This document shows, in pieces, positions 27,322-32,000 of a DNA stretch of 32,000 nucleotides. The DNA comes from Faecalibaculum rodentium (GTDB taxonomy: Bacteria > Bacillota_I > Bacilli_A > Erysipelotrichales > Erysipelotrichaceae): the NCBI RefSeq assembly GCF_001564455.1, contig NZ_CP011391.1, positions 2,130,001 through 2,162,000 of the forward strand. The letters run 5' to 3'. Below the pieces are notes generated by a model. The model did no database searches. It was not told where the DNA came from and saw only the letters and a list, made by a program, of their open reading frames with translations. The first letter of the stretch is position 1; each line of letters begins with the position of its first letter. The position numbers and the translations under genes are program-made.

Positions 27322-27350
27322 ATTCTACACCAAATGAAAGGAATGACCAA
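27322..27350 (-). promoter_or_regulatory. Candidate ilvB promoter TTGGTC-N17-TAGAAT
   Basis: Minus-strand -10 TAGAAT (complement of 27322-27327) and -35 TTGGTC (complement of 27345-27350). About 35 nt upstream of the ilvB ATG, so the leader is short. Confidence 0.45.
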
Positions 27351-27353
27351 ACC

Positions 27354-27368
27354 CGTTTTCAGAAAGTT
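27354..27368 (-). promoter_or_regulatory. CodY-box-like motif AACTTTCTGAAAACG
   Basis: 12 of 15 matches to the published CodY consensus AATTTTCWGAAAATT. Lies 3 nt upstream of the candidate -35 of ilvB. Confidence 0.4.
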
Positions 27369-27443
27369 TCACCCAATGTTTCAGGCGTCTTTCTTGATTG
27401 CCACAGCCCGCCGGTTCATCCCTTTGCTGCCGGATCGAAGACA

Positions 27444-29353
27444 ATCGAGTAGGTGTCATCTGACCCTCTCACACCACCCAGCGTGCCGTTCGGCACTGGG
27501 CGGTTCGTACAAATGTTTTCATGAACCTTACTGCCACCGTATCGAAGTATTCCTCCATGGATAGAAGGCCTTTCTTTTTCAGGTGTATATTTCTGATATA
27601 CTTGTTCAGGAATGTGATTGCACAACGGACATATCCCTGTCGTGCACACGCATATGAGTGAGCCTTGTCTCTGGGACATCCCAGTTTGATGAGGCTCTCT
27701 TCTTTTTTCCTGATGCTTTTCCACTGCTTCCAGATGATGGCCCTGATTCTTCTCCGGAGCTTGCTGTCCAGTTTGCGCACCGTTTCTTTATACAGCCATG
27801 CACACCTGAAATAATTGCTCCATCCCCTGATGACCTGATTGATTTTTTCAATCCTCTCCTCAAGAGATACGCTCCAGTTCCGTTTTGTCAGCTTCATTAT
27901 CTTCTGCTCGAACTCATGAATGGACTTCTCATGCGGTATCGCCTTCCATTCCCTTTTGTTCCTTTTGAAGCCAAACCCCAGATATTTCACTTCATCCGGT
28001 CTGGCCACTTTCGATTTTGAAGCATTCACTTCCAGCTTCAGCTTCTTTTCAAGATAGTTGCTGAATGACTTCATCACTCTGTTGGCGGCGGCTTCCGATT
28101 TCACATAGATGAGCATATCGTCTGCGTATCTCGTGAATCTCAGCCCTCTGCTTTCCAGTTCCTTGTCTGCCTGGTCCAGATAGATGTTGGCCAGTACCGG
28201 CGAAAGCGGCCCTCCCTGCGGGATGCCTCTTTCTGTCCTGACAAGCCTTCCGTCTATCATGACTCCCGCTCTGACGAACTTCCTTGTCAGCGACGTGACG
28301 TCCCTGTTATGGAACAGGTTGTCTATCAGTCGTATCAGTCTGTCCTGGTCCACCGTGTCGAAGAATTTCCTCAGGTCGATGTCGACGATCCAGTCATACC
28401 CGTCGTTCATGAACTCAAGGCCTTTCAGTATCGCCTGTTCACATCTCCTGTTCTTCCTGAACCCGTATGAGCTGTTGCTCATCTCGAAGTCCTTCCTGTA
28501 ATCCAGATAGTTTGCCAGACAGGCCTGTATGACTCTATCTCTGGCAGCCGGGACATTGAGCCCCCGCAGGCTCCCATCCGGTTTCGGGATATCGGTCCTT
28601 TTGGCTGGCAGTGGTTTATAACTGCGGCCCAGTATCTGTTCCCGCAGTCGCTCCCAATACTCTCCGGGGCAGGCAGGAAGTTCTCTGGCTTTGACTCCAT
28701 CTACCCCTGCAGCTCCATTGTTTCGCCGTACCTGTCTGCACGCATTGGTCAGGTTCTCCATGGAGAAGATTTCCTGTGTGCTCAGGTCTTCCGGCTGTAT
28801 CAGTCTGGTCTGGTTCATGGCTGCTCCTTTCTTTCACGTGTTCCTGCACTGCCCTTCCTTACTCATCTTCAGGGGCTCTCTGGGTTTGTCCTTTATCGGT
28901 TTGTTGTGCAGGACGCATTCCTGATATTTGCAGTAAATTGTACGTTCGGCCCTTCACTCCATCCCCATTACAGGGACTTCTTCGCTACTATGGCCTCGGC
29001 TGACTTCCTGCCATTCGTTATTACTGCGGGAAGGGGGTCATCATGGTTTGATGATTCCTCTCGCTGGCAGGACCTCCCCGGGTAAGGTCATACATCTTTC
29101 ATTCCATATACCTGCCGCATTTACCCCAGACAGTCATCCGCAACTATTACGACTTTGCGCTGTTTCGCACGCTCGTCTCCGTCTGTGGCCTTATATGCGG
29201 TTCGTGTTCCTCAGGCCGGAACTTTGCCGCCGGGCTTCTTTCAGAACTCCTGTTACCAGTGAGCCCCTTGCCTTGAGCTAATGGTTAGCGGTTGCGATGA
29301 TACGCTCCCATAGTGGACTTTCACCACCTGGATGTATGCCATGCCGGGCACAC
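27444..29353 (-). mobile_element. Bacterial group II intron (about 1.9 kb), class C-like
   Basis: 5' end GTGTGCCCGG (GUGYG consensus) at 29353. RT/maturase ORF in the domain IV position. Domain V-like hairpin at 27473-27504. Domain VI-like hairpin with a bulged A at 27447-27470. Proposed 3' end ...CTACTCGAT. Visibly lower GC than the flanks. The 3' boundary is uncertain by about 10 nt. Confidence 0.8.
27469..28818 (-). CDS. Group II intron reverse transcriptase/maturase (no endonuclease domain)
   Basis: 449 aa. RT blocks GIPQGGPLSPVLANIYL and RYADDMLIYV (YADD). Maturase/X-domain block RGWSNYFR. No HNH-type C-terminus. RBS AAAGGAG. Confidence 0.92.
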   Translation of the reverse strand: MNQTRLIQPEDLSTQEIFSMENLTNACRQVRRNNGAAGVDGVKARELPACPGEYWERLREQILGRSYKPLPAKRTDIPKPDGSLRGLNVPAARDRVIQACLANYLDYRKDFEMSNSSYGFRKNRRCEQAILKGLEFMNDGYDWIVDIDLRKFFDTVDQDRLIRLIDNLFHNRDVTSLTRKFVRAGVMIDGRLVRTERGIPQGGPLSPVLANIYLDQADKELESRGLRFTRYADDMLIYVKSEAAANRVMKSFSNYLEKKLKLEVNASKSKVARPDEVKYLGFGFKRNKREWKAIPHEKSIHEFEQKIMKLTKRNWSVSLEERIEKINQVIRGWSNYFRCAWLYKETVRKLDSKLRRRIRAIIWKQWKSIRKKEESLIKLGCPRDKAHSYACARQGYVRCAITFLNKYIRNIHLKKKGLLSMEEYFDTVAVRFMKTFVRTAQCRTARWVV

Positions 29354-29388
29354 GATAAAAGCCCCGCCATCTTCAGCAGATGACAGGG
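29354..29388 (-). terminator. Intrinsic terminator of the FolC-like gene; the intron 5' end abuts its U-tract
   Basis: Minus-strand CCCTGTCATCT-GCTGA-AGATGGCGGGG (11 bp including 2 G.U), followed by CTTTTATC and then immediately GTGTG of the intron. Confidence 0.75.
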
Positions 29389-29432
29389 GGCACCGTATCT
29401 TGTGTGGCATGCAGTGATTCGAATGCAGTCCA

Positions 29433-30866
29433 TCATCGGGATCCTGCAGGAAATCCCCGCCCATTGACGCTGTCAGCAGGCCTGCGCTGTTTCTGCATCC
29501 ACCGATAGACATCGCTGACAAAAGCCGTGGTGCCGGCCAGGATCACCGGACGGTCCTGCCTGGCTGGATCCCGGGCACAAACTGTTTCCCACAGCCTGTC
29601 TGCCAGGGCGGCGTCCATCGAGGGACACCAGTTCACAGGAACCCCCAGATTCCAGAGGACCCGGCACTGGTCTTCGGTGATCCGGTAATGACCGGAGGTC
29701 ACGGGACAGATCCGGATTTCCCCGGCAAAGGGAGCCAGGATGCGGGCAGTGCCGGCAGGATCCTTGTCATCCGGCACAGCCAGAACCAGAAGGGCATCCT
29801 TCACATTCAGTGCCCTGAGGGAGTCCGCCAGCTGACACGCAGATTCCCGGTTGATGCAGGCATCCAGCAGCCAGAGCGGCGAGCGGCGCAGCACTTCCTG
29901 ACGACCCGCAAAATCCAGTGACTTCAGCAGAGCCGGATCGGAGGGTTTTCCTGTCATCACTTCCGAAGCCGCCAGCGCCAGGGCACAGTTTTCTGCCTGG
30001 AATGCCGCCAGGGTGGGCAGCAGCACATCCCGGTATTCATTGTCCGGGGTATGGACATCAAAGCGGATCCCGTCTTCGGTCCGCTGCAGATTCGATGCCC
30101 TGAAATCCCGGCCATATTCCAGCACGCGCACCCCGAGACTTTGGGCTCTGTCACGGAAGATTTTGCGCACCGCCTGATCCTGACGGGCCATGACCAGGGT
30201 CCGGGTCCCTGGCTGAAGGATATGCGCCTTGTCCCGGGCGATGGCTTCCAGACTGCCCCCGAGTTCACGCAGGTGTTCCTTGAAAACCGGCGTCACCAGG
30301 GCTGTCTCATGGGGGATGCTGCCCACATCATCGAACTGCACACCCTTGCCGCATTCAAAGACCTGGAACGCGGCATGGTTTTCCTCAAAATACAACCGGG
30401 CAGTCATGGCCTGGCTGCCAATGGGGCTGATGAACTGCCCTGACGGGACAGCCACTGTATCCAGACAGGCTTTCGCTTCGCCCACCAGACGGCTGAAATC
30501 CCTGCAGCCGATCATGGAGCCGCCCAGCCGGATACGTTCCCGGAAATCCAGAATGTGAGGACTGGTCAGCAGGCCGCAGGGACCCTGTTTTTCCAGAAGA
30601 GCCGCCAGCATCCTGGCGGTGGAGCCTTTGCCCTTGGATCCGGTGACCAGGGCGGTCGGAACGGAAACAGGTTTCGAGAGCCAGGATGCCGTCAGTTCCG
30701 GATGGCGCTTCCGGGAATCCGGCACATCCCACTGTCTGTCCGGATCGGCTTTCTGCCAGGAGGCGTAAATATAGTCCACCGCCTGTTCACAGGTCATATC
30801 CGGCACCGGTTCCTGATTCCCCTGCATATCCACAGCCGGTCCCCGGTTTTCTTCCTGCCGTTTCAT
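29433..30866 (-). CDS. Mur-ligase-family protein, divergent FolC (folylpolyglutamate synthase)-like
   Basis: About 477 aa. P-loop VTGSKGKGSTARMLAALLEKQG resembles the FolC xTGTNGKGS motif. FECGKGVQFDDVG resembles the E-x-G-x-G-G-x2-D block. The ATG overlaps the upstream stop (TGATG). Confidence 0.65.
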   Translation of the reverse strand: MKRQEENRGPAVDMQGNQEPVPDMTCEQAVDYIYASWQKADPDRQWDVPDSRKRHPELTASWLSKPVSVPTALVTGSKGKGSTARMLAALLEKQGPCGLLTSPHILDFRERIRLGGSMIGCRDFSRLVGEAKACLDTVAVPSGQFISPIGSQAMTARLYFEENHAAFQVFECGKGVQFDDVGSIPHETALVTPVFKEHLRELGGSLEAIARDKAHILQPGTRTLVMARQDQAVRKIFRDRAQSLGVRVLEYGRDFRASNLQRTEDGIRFDVHTPDNEYRDVLLPTLAAFQAENCALALAASEVMTGKPSDPALLKSLDFAGRQEVLRRSPLWLLDACINRESACQLADSLRALNVKDALLVLAVPDDKDPAGTARILAPFAGEIRICPVTSGHYRITEDQCRVLWNLGVPVNWCPSMDAALADRLWETVCARDPARQDRPVILAGTTAFVSDVYRWMQKQRRPADSVNGRGFPAGSR

Positions 30867-32000
30867 CACCGTACCTTTTCCCTTTCTTCCCGCAGCACAA
30901 AGTACACCAGCACCGGCGCTGCCAGGGCGGAGACCGCCAGCGAGGTCCAGACATCCGGGAGCACCTCGGAAACCGCCAGCAGGGTACCCAGGATCGTCAT
31001 TGCCTGCACCTGGGAGTACTTGGACAGGATATGATTCATGTTTCTTCCGACCGTGACCACATCATTGACGGAATTCATGCCCAGTTTCAGCCTCGCGGGA
31101 GCCGGAAGACCGATCTGACCGGAATCCACGGTTTCGCAGTTCAGGACCCGCAGCGAAAGGCTGTCACGTCCGTACCGGATGATGATCTTGTCATTTTCCC
31201 CCACGCCCAGAAGGGTCATCATGTCCGGGTTCAGCCTGGCGATGCTGTTGCGGTCATCCGTGTCCTGCGTCCAGGTGACTTTCAGGTCGAATTCAGCAGT
31301 CCCGATCATGTGTTCCAGCAGCCGGTTCCAGAGCTTTGCCGGCAACGGCCGGCGGATCATTCGCCGGGGCCTGCGCAGGATCTCCGCGCGATGAAACAGA
31401 GGCGACTGTGTCTGCAAAACCGCCAGGTCCTGATACAGCCGGGATTCGGGATCCAGTGCCGCATCCAGGTCATAGAACATCTCCGATTCCACCGGATGAT
31501 AGGTCTGCGTCATCAAGTCCCGCTGTTCTGGGGTCATTTCCTCCAGCAGCCGGACATAGCTTTCCTTGCGGATCCGCGCCACAGGATAACTGGCCCAGCC
31601 CATCAGGATGCGGTAGTACCGGGGAACCATGACTTTCCGGGCGGATTTTCCGTTTTTCACCACCCGGCCATGGTCCTGATAGTCGCTGCCTTCAAATGGC
31701 AGGTACATCCGGGTATCTGTCAGTGGGTTGTACAGCCAGAAATCACTGTCCGCCGCTTCCGGTTCCAGATCCTGGTACAGCAAGGAGGAAAAATACACCC
31801 GGCTGATCTGATCGGCCTTGGGCAAGCCCAGGTCGTAGTTTTCTTCAAAATCCGCGCCCACCAGCAAAGGCGCTCCTTCCAGCCCCGGGGTTTCTTCCGT
31901 GCCTTCGATCCACTCCCTTCCATACAGCGTGCGGATCAGGCGGTTGGTCAGCAGGATCTCGCCTGTTTCCGGTTTTTCACTCCCTGCAGCCGGGTTGGTC
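30866..32000 (-). CDS. Uncharacterised protein, 5'-partial (runs off the window), C-terminal membrane anchor
   Basis: The reading frame is open from position 32000 to the TGA at 30866 (at least 377 codons). C-terminal hydrophobic stretch AMTILGTLLAVSEVLPDVWTSLAVSALAAPVLVYFVL. No family recognised by eye. Confidence 0.6.
   Translation of the reverse strand, partial: TNPAAGSEKPETGEILLTNRLIRTLYGREWIEGTEETPGLEGAPLLVGADFEENYDLGLPKADQISRVYFSSLLYQDLEPEAADSDFWLYNPLTDTRMYLPFEGSDYQDHGRVVKNGKSARKVMVPRYYRILMGWASYPVARIRKESYVRLLEEMTPEQRDLMTQTYHPVESEMFYDLDAALDPESRLYQDLAVLQTQSPLFHRAEILRRPRRMIRRPLPAKLWNRLLEHMIGTAEFDLKVTWTQDTDDRNSIARLNPDMMTLLGVGENDKIIIRYGRDSLSLRVLNCETVDSGQIGLPAPARLKLGMNSVNDVVTVGRNMNHILSKYSQVQAMTILGTLLAVSEVLPDVWTSLAVSALAAPVLVYFVLREEREKVR

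Overview
The window looks like a high-GC Firmicutes (Clostridia-like) chromosomal segment. That host guess is an inference from gene content and Shine-Dalgarno usage.

**Gene layout, in order:**
- **1-1.7 kb:** a visibly lower-GC three-gene HipB / HipS-like / HipA-type kinase toxin-antitoxin module. The small middle gene is broken.
- **1.9-5.5 kb:** a macro-domain protein, a vWA protein, an ACP-like protein lacking the canonical Ser, and a flavodoxin-like gene with a MarR regulator.
- **5.7-11.4 kb, minus strand:** a sugar-utilisation cluster with a GntR/HutC regulator, two DUF871 (MupG-like) paralogs, a DUF3284-like gene, an untracked 59-aa membrane ORF, and a PTS EIIC gene carrying both a nonsense codon and a frameshift.
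- **11.6-18.3 kb:** brnQ, two tandem ABC exporter modules headed by a YtrA-type GntR regulator, and an nrdG with no nrdD beside it.
- **18.4-19.2 kb:** a hypothetical membrane-anchored protein.
- **19.3-27.3 kb, minus strand:** a complete branched-chain amino-acid operon, ilvB-ilvN-ilvC-ilvD-(DUF815 ATPase)-ilvA-ridA.
- **27.4-29.4 kb:** a bacterial group II intron (RT/maturase ORF plus recognisable 5' GUGUG, domain V and domain VI). It sits directly behind an intrinsic terminator and just upstream of the ilvB promoter.
- **29.4-32.0 kb:** a divergent FolC/Mur-ligase-like gene translationally coupled to an uncharacterised membrane-anchored protein that runs off the window edge.

I saw no rRNA, tRNA or CRISPR array.

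**Points most worth a second look:**
- the broken HipS-like gene beside an intact kinase
- the decayed EIIC between two intact DUF871 genes
- the DUF815 ATPase welded into the ilv operon by overlapping stop and start codons
- the class-C-like intron context
- the FolC-like / unknown-protein pair at the right edge

All functional calls come from reading motifs by eye. No database search was run.
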